A stretch of DNA of 36,331 bases from NCBI RefSeq assembly GCF_001194135.2, contig NC_068991.1:27460849-27497179 (forward strand), given 5' to 3'. This DNA is from Octopus bimaculoides. Its lineage: Eukaryota. Shown here in pieces: positions 1 to 11,769 of the stretch. Each line of letters begins with the position of its first letter. Position 1 is the stretch's first letter. Below the pieces are notes generated by a model. That model was not told the DNA's origin. It saw nothing but the letters and a program-made list of their open reading frames with translations, and made no database searches. The translations under genes were made by a program, and so were the position numbers.

Positions 1-40
<40 letters not shown>

Positions 41-519
41 GTATACACATACAAATATGTAAATATATATGAATGTGAGAGAGAGGAAGCGAGAGAGTTA
101 GGTGGCGAGTGGGTATCATTGCATGGCAACAAATAAGACGCTGTCAATACATTCAACTAAAATAAAGACATTTATTTTGAGGCTATCACCGTTACTGCTA
201 TCCATATTTTTAAAATTGTTATCTTATAACTGTTTATTCAAGAAGTATTGCTATTTCGACCCGTATGTCTTTGCTATCTATACAGCAGAACCCATTAGCT
301 AAATGGTAGCCTACAGGGTTTTACAATATACAAAACTAAACAATTAGACACATATATATGTGAACAGAGACACGGACATCCGTATTTCTACGAGCGCATA
401 TACACATCCGCTTATACACCTTCATATATATATACGTATGTATGGGTGCGCGTGCTTGTGTGTGGGTTAGCGAGATGTTATTGTACTATGTGTTAGCGTG
501 TTACATTGTTTACTTTCAG

Positions 520-651
520 TTTAAATTAGAAAATATATATAACTAAATATTATAGATGCATACAAAGATAGATAGATATGGACATGTAGATACATATATA
601 AATACATACATATGTATATATTTACACAAATATTTATATATATACATATAC

Positions 652-705
<54 letters not shown>

Positions 706-721
706 ATGTATATATGCATAG

Positions 722-757
<36 letters not shown>

Positions 758-911
758 GTATGTATATATGCATAGATATATAGGTATATATACATATATA
801 TATATATATACATACATACAAATATAGGTACATGCATATGTACATAAATACATACATATATATACACATATATATATATATATATACATATACGTTTATA
901 TATATACACAC
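520..911. repeat. (TA)n/(CA)n microsatellite field
   Basis: Read directly. Similar fields occur at 1-40, 14150-14880, 15085-15375, 32735-33006 and 36058-36331; these generate the Y/I-rich ORFs. Confidence 0.95.
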
Positions 912-1477
912 NNNNNNNNNNTGATCGTAGCGTGTGAGGTTCTCTTATATAGCGTGTGAGGTTCTCATTGAAAACGGGATATATTGGAAGTGGTAGTAGT
1001 AAAATAGAAAAAAAGAAACATTTACAGTCATAAAGTAATAAATAAGGAGAAAGAGAGTTGCTTTGATTTAACGAAATATTTCTGACCAATATTTCAGTAA
1101 ATATTTCTAAGTATCTGAAAAACGTCAAAAATTTTAATTTGTTTCTTTTACTCAATATTTTAAGCATTTAGTTTTACCGAAATAGGGCATGAGAGTAGGA
1201 GTATATACGTCTGTGTGTGGTATGTGCGTGTTTATGGCGTTTACATGTTTACATGTATACATATATATAATTGCAGCGTGGAAGGTGTTTATAAGCCATT
1301 TAAGAAATACACAAAAACCGTTAGATTCACGTCAACATTTAAATTTAAATGTTGAAGTAAATCTGACGGGTTTTTTTTGTTTCTTAAATGGCATATAAAC
1401 ACCTTCCACGTTGCAATTGGTTTCGTTTCAGCACACGATCTAAGATCAAGTCACTTACTATTTTCAAACCTTCTTTC

Positions 1478-1508
<31 letters not shown>

Positions 1509-2089
1509 TATAACGAGAGAGAGAGAGAGAGAAAGAGAGACAAAGAGAGAGACAAAGAGAGAGATACATACAAACGTATATGCATATACATATNNNNNNN
1601 NNNNNNNNNNNNNNNNNNNNNNNNNNNNNNNNNNNNNNNNNNNNNNNNNNNNNNNNNNNNNNNNNNNNNNNNNNNNNNNNNNNNNNNNNNNNNNNNNNNN
1701 NNNNNNNNNNNNNNNNNNNNNNNNNNNNNNNNNNNNNNNNNNNNNNNNNNNNNNNNNNNNNNNNNNNNNNNNNNNNNNNNNNNNNNNNNNNNNNNNNNNN
1801 NNNNNNNNNNNNNTATATACTTATACAGATATGTTTATATATGTGTATATATGTATTATGTATGTACGTATGCAGGCATGTATGCATGTATGTATGTGTG
1901 TATGTATTATGTATGTACGTACATAGAAGAGCCAGGTGCCATTTGCAAACCACTGTGGGTTGTCGGCATGTACAATACCTCCGTCAGGTTTTGATTGGTG
2001 TGCCTATGTAGTCGCGAACATACCCCTATCCCCTTTAACTGAGAGGTACATCGGACAATTCATAGCTAGGGAGAGACAGAGATTCCCCA

Positions 2090-2225
2090 GCAGCCAACTC
2101 GTTCTCATTTACTGCTGAATCGAATGGATAAACATGAAACGAATATCTTGTGCAAGAACGGAACCTGCTGCACGGTCCGACAACCCAGGTCACAAGAATG
2201 CAAGCGTAAACCCTAGGCCACGCGA
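2090..2225 (+). mobile_element. Degenerate SINE 3' fragment
   Basis: 'ctcatttactgctgaatcgaatgg...tatcttgtgcaagaac...ccctaggccacg' resembles a common cephalopod SINE 3' module; family recalled, not searched. Confidence 0.45.
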
Positions 2226-2390
2226 TAATCCCTAAGCCACGTTTCCTTGTGACAAGCTTTTTCCTTTAAATCACAGGTGCAATCCTTCCGACGGGTTTCC
2301 GCACATTCACAGTAAACTGTCTCCATTCTATAACTTTTTCCCCCCATGTGGTTTTTATTTTTTATTTATTTATTTATTTTTTGTCCACTA

Positions 2391-2936
2391 CACAGTATAG
2401 TAAGGAAAGTTGGACATCCTCCGTGAGAAAAACAGCACCATGATGCAATTCGCTCTGCCACAAATTTGAAAACAACATGCTGTACTGCTTGGCATTCGTG
2501 CCATAAGCTCCAAACGAACATTTCAGAGTGTTTGGATATCAGTCTGAGGACAGTGCAATCTGAGGACATGTACCGGGAATGATAAGAATAAAACATCCAG
2601 TCAGCATCATGGTATTTCGAGTGATCACAAGTGATGGCGACGTTATGCCTCCATCCATCTTTCCACACGTCCTCACACGCAACATGGAGGCCTACATCAA
2701 GTGCATGCAGGAGGTAGTGCTGCTCTGGGTCAAGAGAATGGCTTCTGGAAGACCCTATGTCTGACAACTATGTCTGACAACTATGTCTGACAACTATGCC
2801 TGACAACTATGTCTGACAGCTATGTCTCACTCTGCACCATGCCACACAAGCAGGGTAACACAGTCATGACTACCAAACAATTTTTGCGACTACATCACTC
2901 CCGAATATCTGGCTACCTAATTCCTCAGACCGCGTA
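2391..2936 (+). mobile_element. Internally deleted Tc1/mariner-superfamily (maT-like) transposase remnant
   Basis: HTH-like piece (ISECLDISLRTVQ) joined to a DDE-domain piece (KHPVSIMVFRVITSDGDVMPPSIFP...GRPYV), then SAPCHTS and a WPPNSPD-like motif (tggctacctaattcctcagac). Frameshifts and stops present. Confidence 0.75.
2755..2826 (+). repeat. 13-bp minisatellite (ctatgtctgacaa) x5.5
   Basis: Units start at 2755, 2768, 2781, 2794, 2807 and 2820 (partial). Confidence 0.97.
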
Positions 2937-2938
2937 TA

Positions 2939-3790
2939 TTAGGTCATTAAGAACAAAACGTCCGATTTTCTTATGCAACATTGAAGAGTTATGTCATCAC
3001 TATTCGAAATGCAATTCATAGTGTCTGATTATATTGTTTTCTCTTGTAAATCAATTTTTATGAACCCATGGATAGACAAAAAATATGTGTTTATCAATAT
3101 GAGTTCCATCGTAGAATCAATGCATCCCGGACAGCTCGAAACATCATTGAGGTGTGTGATGTAGTTGTGGCGAATGAGCACACTGTACGTCAATGGTTTG
3201 AGAAGTTCCGCTCTGGTGACTTTACTCTTGATAATCATCCCCGTGGTAGACCTGAGACCAAGGTGAATAATGATGAGCTGGAAACTGTAGTAGAAGCGGA
3301 TATATCTCAAACTATGCGTGAGTTAGCAGCAAGGTTTGATGTTTGGATTCCAACTATATTGGACCACCTGAAATAAATCGGCAAAGTAAAGAAGCTGGAC
3401 AAGTGGGGACCACACGGACTGAACGAGCATCAAGTGACACGCTGTCTTGAAACTTGTTGTTCTTTGCTGTCACGGCATAAAGAGAACCATTTTTATATTG
3501 TATTGTTACGTGCGACGAAAAATGGATTCTTTTCAACAATGGCAATCGTTCTACACGTTGGTTGGATAGAGACAAAGTGCCAAAACACAATCCAAGAAAG
3601 AATATTCACCAAAAAAGGTTAATGGTGTCTGTTTGGTGATCCAGAGCTGGTGTCATCCACGACAGCTTCATGAGACCTTGTAGGCAATTACAGCAGTTGT
3701 ATACATCAACTAATTAGATGAAATGATAAGTGAATTGCAATTAAACAACCAATATTAGTCAATATAATCAGGTCAATTCTCTTGGAGAAA
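2939..3790 (+). mobile_element. Mariner transposon remnant (transposase pseudogene)
   Basis: TA|ttaggtc TIR-like start. ORF 3068-3376 has the mariner N-terminus (YEF...TARNI...TVRQWFEKFRSGDF.L...RGRP), then after a stop IGKVKKLDKWGPH (WVPHEL-like) and TCDEKWI (first catalytic Asp). Confidence 0.9.
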
Positions 3791-3821
3791 ATTTGACTAA
3801 AATATTATTTGACTACATATA

Positions 3822-3904
3822 TTCACAAACTATCGACGTACAGTGTTCTCATTCGTCACATCTTTACCAAATACCTCACTGATGTCTCGAGCTGTCTGGG
3901 ATGC
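3822..3904 (-). mobile_element. Inverted fragment of the same mariner N-terminus
   Basis: Reverse complement reads ASQTARDISEVFGKDVTNENTVRR*F and is about 80% identical to 3122-3204. Confidence 0.9.
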
Positions 3905-4071
3905 CTTATATATGACTAAAATATGATTCCTCCTCTACATATATTTTACTAGGTATATATATTTTAAGGTTTTAACAATTTATTAAATTTACCTTCAATG
4001 AGTACTAATTCACATTTAAGTGCATATTTTCACCTTAGAACCTTGATACTCTATAATCCCCAATATCTTCA

Positions 4072-4137
4072 CTTTTGGTCGTTACCTTAAATGTTTCCTT
4101 TTGGTCGTTACCTTAAATGTTTCCTTTTGGTCGTTAC
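4072..4137 (+). repeat. 26-bp tandem repeat x2.5
   Basis: cttttggtcgttaccttaaatgtttc at 4072, 4098 and 4124 (partial). Confidence 0.95.
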
Positions 4138-4974
4138 TTCTCACATTTAAATTTTCTACACTTTCAACATCCCCCTTTTCTTAACTCAACCTTCTTCATT
4201 AATTTGATGCATTTTGTTTTAATTTAATTTTATCGATTTAAATTTTTGTCTGTTTAAACTTTGAAAATTTATTTTCATTTAATCCTATATCTTCTTTTCT
4301 TAGTTCCTTTTAATATCTTACACATTAATTTTCAACTTTCATTTTAACAACTAACGTGGTTTTCTCTGACCACTCCCCTTTTTGGTTTATACTATTTCTC
4401 TTTCACTCTCTATACCATCCCATTCCATTCATTTTTCCTGCTTATTTCCACTATAAAGTTTTAACCCATCGCTCTGAGTCAATTTTCCCGTCATATCTTC
4501 CTCCTCTCCACCATAAAACTTCCAGTGATACACAGATATATTCATATTTTTTTCTTCTATTTTCATTTATTTACGTATTTTTCTATATTTAACGTAACGC
4601 ATCTTAGTTTTCTCAAAAATTGGTACACTGCAAAATATTTCATCCAGTTATCATTTATTATATTTGAAATAACTTTCTTTCCTTTTATATCAATGACACA
4701 CTTACCAATAATTATCTAAACATTAGGATACTTTCTTTCTTTACATAGCCCCGATATATGGACAAATTTTTAATTCACCGTTCAATGTTTGCATTTTCGT
4801 ATTTTATTGAAGATTTCAAAGGATTGCTTTTAAATATTAATGCACTTTATATATTTATTTATTCATTAAATCCATTAAATTTCGTTTCAAATAGGTTCTT
4901 TCCAACTATTAGTGTCTGATCATAACCAGTTTCTTCCCTACTATGATGTTTGTTAATTAGCCAAGCAATTTTTT

Positions 4975-4983
4975 CTTCTCTTC

Positions 4984-5015
<32 letters not shown>

Positions 5016-5101
5016 TTCCCACTCTCCCTCTCTTTTTCTCGCATTATCTTTGTCACTCTCTCTCTCTCTCTCCCGATCTGTCTTAATTTCTCTCTTTCTC
5101 T

Positions 5102-5136
<35 letters not shown>

Positions 5137-5260
5137 TCTTTCTCTCTCTCTTCTAAATTCTCTCAATTAATTTCTTTCTCTCTCCTAAGTTCTCCCTCTT
5201 AACTTCTCTCTCTCTCTTCTGAGTTCTCGCTCTTTATTTTTCCCTCTCTCTCTCTCTTTC
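4975..5260. repeat. Interrupted (CT)n polypyrimidine tract
   Basis: Read directly from the sequence. Confidence 0.9.
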
Positions 5261-5974
5261 TGTATTTTTGTACTTCTCTTCCGCTGCGCTGCTTACACTA
5301 CACTGTTCATTTTCCTTTTCATTCTCGCAACCTGTCTATCTTTCTATAAACATAAACAAATCAATTTAGACAGAAATTTACAGACAGACAGAAAACTCTA
5401 CGTCTATGAAAACTTTCCTTTCTTTTATCTTTGTGTTTTTCTCCAATCCATCAGTTTTTTTTTATTTTTCACCCCACTCTCTCTTCTATATATTTGCAAA
5501 AGCTTCCCAAAAGCTTCGATATATTTGAAAAACTTCATATCTATATATTCTTGCACATGACATAATTTTACACTCAGTTCATAAGATCGCAAGAATGAAA
5601 CATACTGAAGTTTGCTCTGAAGGTTAAACATCCATCAATAAATACAGCTAAGAGTGTTTCAGACTTTTACATTGCAATCATGAGTATATGTGTTCCATAC
5701 TATTGCATGGAATTTTAAGCAAGTGTTTACTAAAGTCCCTCAGGACCTATACCATATGAATCAATTTGTGTAGTCGAAACTGTGTAATAGGCTCTCAACT
5801 ACCAATACCTTCAATTAAATACACAAGCCTCCTTACTTTACCATGTTGATTTTTTTAAATACTTAATCATATAGGTTGATATATGCACATAAATATGTAC
5901 ATTAATATGCATATATAAATTTGTATGTGTGTGTGTGTGTGTATTTATATTTATATATTCATTTATTTATATAT

Positions 5975-6390
5975 ACACCGAAACCCTACTACCTGCTCGT
6001 TAGAAAGATCCTGCCTCTCTAAAGTATACAGAGCCATCCTTACACTTTTACACCATCCGATGGCATTACTAGGCGCTGTGCTAGAACGACAGCCAATGAC
6101 TTCAAGGGAAGATACGCCCAGAACTAGCATTCATTTAGACCCAGGGACAGAGAGAACTCCACTTCACTGTCGGGCTTTCTCTGGAAACTTCGTGACCTCC
6201 GAGACGAAACACTCAGTTTCAAGTGGACTATTGTGGACAGGGCGTCACCATATTCACCCTGTGCTCCTAATTCCGAGATTTGCCTCCGCGAAAGACTGCA
6301 TATCATCTACCAACCAACAGTATCCATTGATAAGAAATATGCGATATCTTATTGCTGTCACCAGATGTACACGCTTCTGGTAAATTTCAA
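5975..6390 (+). mobile_element. Penelope-like element GIY-YIG endonuclease remnant (Naiad/Chlamys type)
   Basis: Frameshifted translation: TCSLERSCLSKVYRAILT...TANDFKGRYAQN*HSF...NSTSLSGFLWKL...FKWTIVDRASPY...ICLRERLHII...IDKKYAISYCCH. This matches the CPL.G.CL / VY.A / FK.RY..H..SF / T.LS..W.L / W.I...A.PY / CL.EK / LNKR...CRH motif series of that PLE clade. Confidence 0.8.
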
Positions 6391-6574
6391 GCCACTAGCC
6401 ACCAGCAACCCGGATATACCTCCTTAATGCCAGCTACCTCCAGCGCTGCCTGCACCAAGGTCACCGTCATAAACTAATCCCCATGAACAGAACCGCAAAT
6501 CACCAATCCCCAACACTTCTCCATGCCTGTCTACTCGCATACTCTCAACCTTTGTGCATAACCACACGAGTATA

Positions 6575-6970
6575 TGTGCACATACACACGCGTCTGCGTG
6601 AGTGCGCGTATCTCATCTGCTCACCGTACGCATAAGCACGGACATGTGCACACTGGTGTACACGTGCGCGCTTGCATCCCATATACATGTGTACTCGTGC
6701 GTATTCGTGTATGTACACGTACACACGTTTGTGTGGGCATGTGCTCATATGCCTATGTACATGGAAATAAAAGTGCGCGTGCGCGTGTGAGTGAGGGTGT
6801 GTGTTTGTGCGTGTGTGTAAATGTTGCGCACATGCGTGCGCGTCTGTATGCATGTGCGTGTGCGTGTGTGTGTGTGTTTGTGTGTGTGCGTGCGCGCGCG
6901 GTTGAGTAGATGTACATCTACGCACACATACAGACTGGTATATGTATGGATGCATACACGCAGATATATG
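6575..6970. repeat. Cryptic alternating purine-pyrimidine (GT/CA/GC/AT) low-complexity tract
   Basis: Read directly from the sequence; it produces the spurious C/V/H/T-rich ORFs. Confidence 0.85.
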
Positions 6971-7189
6971 GGCATATACATGTACAAATATTGACATATA
7001 TACTCCCATACTTACTTCTCCTTCCCACTTTCCGTAACCACGTGACCGATTTCCTGTCTATCATGCAGTCGATTTCCTGCTCACCATGCGGTTTTCTCCA
7101 AGTAATTGTTGTCGCTGCAATACCAACATCAAACTGCCACACAATGTGACCTTTCTCGACCAATCGCAGACTATCGTCCAGTAGTAAGG

Positions 7190-7384
7190 AATGCGATCGG
7201 AGATAGAAAAGATACGTAATGGGTGTATGTGCATATTTCAAGTCTTATTGCCCTTTCATCAGAACTACATCCAACGCATGATCTACCACATTGCTTAAAT
7301 ACCCACTGGTGCTGATGAAAGACCAATAACTCTACAAATGAGCATATACACCCATTACCTGTATTTTCTATCTTCGATCGCATT
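7190..7384. other. Imperfect inverted repeat, 76-bp arms, 43-nt loop
   Basis: 7190-7265 versus reverse complement of 7309-7384: gapless, 62/76 identical. Confidence 0.95.
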
Positions 7385-7808
7385 GGTTACATAGACGTTT
7401 TCGTTCACGTCCAAATACATTCATACATTGATACATTTTTCTTTATTTATATCACTTCAATTAGAATTTTGAGTTTACGCTCAAACAGAAATGTAATGTT
7501 ATAGGGTAACTTTATTAAACTTATTCTTTCTGACTAACTTAGCTCCAAACATCGTGATATGTCTATTCACGTATAATAATTCTAATATGGAAATACATGC
7601 AATATTCTTTCTACAACTAGGTCTTGCAAGAACATATAAATGAGTACGTTATGGTAAAATCTATCCTGTAGCAGTTTCACTTATTACTAAGTAACTCTAC
7701 ACATATACAAATTATCACGAAATTACATAATTTAGATAGATAGAAATATAATCATACTAATAATGATAATAAAACACCCTCAATAAACACATATATATAT
7801 ATATAAAT

Positions 7809-7967
7809 AAATTATTGATATAGTATTCAATATCACAGGTTTCTTCCAAATTCCAAAAACGACCTTTTAAGTCTACAGTTAAAATTATTGATATTATATT
7901 AAATATCACAGGTTTCTTCCAAATTAGTGGAACGGTAGATTAAATGTCACGGGTTACTTCCAATGTT
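7809..7967 (+). repeat. Degenerate ~73-bp tandem duplication
   Basis: aattattgata...aatatcacaggtttcttccaaatt occurs twice, plus a third decayed aaatgtcacgggttacttccaa. Confidence 0.8.
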
Positions 7968-8443
7968 TTATATTTTTCTCATTTGTATATCTTTTTATTT
8001 CCGTGTTTTGTTTTGTTCTTTTTTTCTTCTGTCAATGGAATGATAAAAATAATGGTGTAGGTATAAGATAAAGAGAAACTGAACATAATCTAACAGTCCT
8101 TTGGACCATACTCATTGAGACATGCATGTATACTGCTATTGATGATTCAATATTGAGTATAATTTATATATATATAAAGTTCAGCAATTACCAGCTAATA
8201 ATGATGCGTTGAAACAACTGTAGCGATTTCTAATAAAGCCTGTTCATTCCATCTTCTCGTATCAAAATTATTTTGTATATGTTCTATGGATGCTTGCGGA
8301 ATTCTTTTGTGTATACTCTACCGATACTTAAGGATAACCAATAAAAGGAGAATTATTACTGTATAATAGCATCTGGTAGCCGATACGCGAAAGGGACCTT
8401 GGACAGCATGCTATAAGGCTATTACCCAGATAATATAAAATGC

Positions 8444-8481
<38 letters not shown>

Positions 8482-9635
8482 NNNNNNNNNNNNNNNNNNN
8501 NNNNNNNNNNNNNNNNNNNNNNNNNNNNNNNNNNNNNNNNNNNNNNNNNNNNNNNNNNNNNNNNNNNNNNNNNNNNNNNNNNNNNNNNNNNNNNNNNNNN
8601 NNNNNNNNNNNNNNNNNNNNNNNNNNNNNNNNNNNNNNNNNNNNNNNNNNNNNNNNNNNNNNNNNNNNNNNNNNNNNNNNNNNNNNNNNNNNNNNNNNNN
8701 NNNNNNNNNNNNNNNNNNNNNNNNNNNNNNNNNNNNNNNNNNNNNNNNNNNNNNNNNNNNNNNNNNNNNNNNNNNNNNNNNNNNNNNNNNNNNNNNNNNN
8801 NNNNNNNNNNNNNNNNNNNNNNNNNNNNNNNNNNNNNNNNNNNNNNNNNNNNNNNNNNNNNNNNNNNNNNNNNNNNNNNNNNNNNNNNNNNNNNNNNNNN
8901 NNNNNNNNNNNNNNNNNNNNNNNNNNNNNNNNNNNNNNNNNNNNNNNNNNNNNNNNNNNNNNNNNNNNNNNNNNNNNNNNNNNNNNNNNNNNNNNNNNNN
9001 NNNNNNNNNNNNNNNNNNNNNNNNNNNNNNNNNNNNNNNNNNNNNNNNNNNNNNNNNNNNNNNNNNNNNNNNNNNNNNNNNNNNNNNNNNNNNNNNNNNN
9101 NNNNNNNNNNNNNNNNNNNNNNNNNNNNNNNNNNNNNNNNNNNNNNNNNNNNNNNNNNNNNNNNNNNNNNNNNNNNNNNNNNNNNNNNNNNNNNNNNNNN
9201 NNNNNNNNNNNNNNNNNNNNNNNNNNNNNNNNNNNNNNNNNNNNNNNNNNNNNNNNNNNNNNNNNNNNNNNNNNNNNNNNTGGCGTAATTTTCTTTCACT
9301 CTTCCTTTAAATAATATAGTTCTAAGTTGATGAAAACACACTAATTTCTTGTGTAAATATGGCAAATAGTTAACTAATGTAGTTTTCCTGATCAGTTGCA
9401 TATATCGATAACTGACTCTTCCTGCTGCTTGTAGGAAGAAGTTTCTTCGCTGTGTTATATCGTTGATAGTATCTGAATCCACTGAAGTTTACTTCATTAC
9501 GTATGTAGCGATTGTTTCCGCTTTCAGTTCTATTTATGAACAAGCCTGAACCAAAAAATGCTAGTGCATTCTTCATATGCACCTGGCACCACATTATATT
9601 TTTATAGTTATGTATGTATATACATACATACACAC

Positions 9636-9668
<33 letters not shown>

Positions 9669-10455
9669 ACAAAATATCGTGCTTCTGCTAAGAAGATTTC
9701 GTTACTTATACTTCTTTCTAATTTATTCTGATGTAACAAGCGGCAGGAAATTCATTTCGAAGAAAGTCCATTACACCATTAGTGGAAAGACCGGAAATCC
9801 TAGAAAAGGAAACTGACTTAAAACTGGAGAGCTAGCTACTTATATACACTGCTGTTTTCCATTGTCGTTTGTGTTTATTTTTGTGATATTTTTTATGTTG
9901 TATGGAGGATTTATGCTCGTTTATTTTTAAGTATCTAAATGTTATTTTCTGTTTCTAACTATAATACTTTGGCTTTAAGTAACTTACCAAACTGTTTAAA
10001 CTATAATACATTGGCCAGTAGAAAACTTGCACTGACAAGCCGCGTGTCGTAAATATCCATTCAATTAAATTTCTTTCCTACGTTTTACATAATAGTGATG
10101 CAAACAGGCATGAGATTTAAAACAAAACAAAGAAACACAAAACGTACGTAGATTAAAATAAACAATAATGTTAATGTGGGTGAAGATTCTCTTTGGTTAT
10201 TTTGTGGGGTGTGAGTGGGATAACATTGTGCAGCAGACTTCTTTTCAATTTTTCCTTCAATATTAAGTATAATCAGTTTTTGAATAGTTGTGCTAGAAAT
10301 GACAGATTGATATGTACTGTTAGATTTGTTGACAGTTGCCGTTGAGGGTAAAGGTGACGGTGTTCAGTTTTTCTTATAGTTTCTACAGTTCCTGCACGCA
10401 TACATAAATACATGTATAATATATTTATCTATATATGTGTGTGTGTGCGTGTGTA

Positions 10456-10660
10456 GGCTCCAAGGTTTTGCACAAGGCCATCAATTTTGGGGAAAGGTGT
10501 AAGTCTATTATATTGATCACTGTACTCAACTGGTATATATTTTATCGACCGCGAAAAGATGACAGGTAAACTTCGGCAGAATTTAAATTCAGATCATAAA
10601 GATGGACGAAATGAAGCTAAGCATTTTATCCGCATGTTAATGATTCTGCCAGCTCACCTT
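10456..10660 (+). mobile_element. SINE family A (octopus-type)
   Basis: 'actcaactggtatatattttatcgaccgcgaaaagatgacaggtaaacttcggcagaatttaaattcaga'; homologous to 34708-34900. Confidence 0.8.
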
Positions 10661-10678
10661 TATATTTTTTAGAGTATC

Positions 10679-10751
10679 TAAACAATATTATAACTATAAT
10701 AATGTATTTTAAACAATATTATAACTATAATTATGTATTTTGAACAATATT
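10679..10751 (+). repeat. 31-bp tandem repeat x2.3
   Basis: taaacaatattataactataat(a/t)atgtattt at 10679, 10710 and 10741 (partial). Confidence 0.93.
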
Positions 10752-11648
10752 TAATGAATGCATATTAATATTGTTTTTCCACATACTTGTTTTATATGCT
10801 TTAATCTATCCAAATATACAATACAAATTATATCAATCTTCTACATTATAACTTATTCGCTATTTACTTATGTATTTGAACCTTTAATCTTAAATTTAAT
10901 ATTCTTCTTCTTGACATATCAAACTCAATATTTTGTCAACCTTGTCTCTGTACATATATGATTTTTCTCTCTTTATACCAAAACTATCAAATAATCATTT
11001 ATTAATATCTTAATAAATCTCCCTTCTCATCTTAGCAAATTTAGCAAATTAATTTATATTGATTTTATTCTCATTGTTTTCCATACATTCTATGAATATT
11101 TTAAAAATATTTACTTATATCTTCAAATTTCTTACTGTTTTAATTTAATAATGTTCATATTTTATTGCTGATATCAATCCCTAAATTTCGTAAATATTGT
11201 CTCTAAATACATTTATTTACTTATATTTTGTTATTACGATGATAATCATTGTTATTATTTTCTTTATTTTACGATCTTTAATTTCTAGTTTTTTAGTAAT
11301 AAGTATATCTCTTTTCTTTTATTCTAATAATATCTGCTAGTTACTTTTGAATTACATTGTGAAAATTCCCTTCCATTTATTAGACAATCCTCTTATCATT
11401 TTGTATCAATTTTATTATTACTGTCTTCTATAATATTTTAAATTTTGACTTTGCATTCTTGTAACGTTACGTCAAGATTTTTTTTTTGCATTTTGAATAA
11501 ATTTAGACATGTAAGTAATTCATTTATTATTAAATATAATAATATAAATTATTTACGTGTTTTAAGATACGGAACAATTTGTTCTGATATTTGAATTTTC
11601 CTTTTGCTAAATAATATTTCATAAAAATACTTCTCTCTCATTTATTAT

Positions 11649-11689
<41 letters not shown>

Positions 11690-11769
11690 CAACTGATATA
11701 TGAGCATATGCATGTATACATACATATAAGTACATACCTACATCTACATGTATATATAGATGCATATCC

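Noticed and set aside
2755-4137. Short direct-repeat arrays as CRISPR
   Set aside because: The units are contiguous with no unique spacers, and the context is eukaryotic.
7225-7270. Complete hammerhead on the minus strand (CUGAUGA-stem-GAAA)
   Set aside because: No NUH with matching stems I and III was found; kept only as a remark in the hairpin finding.
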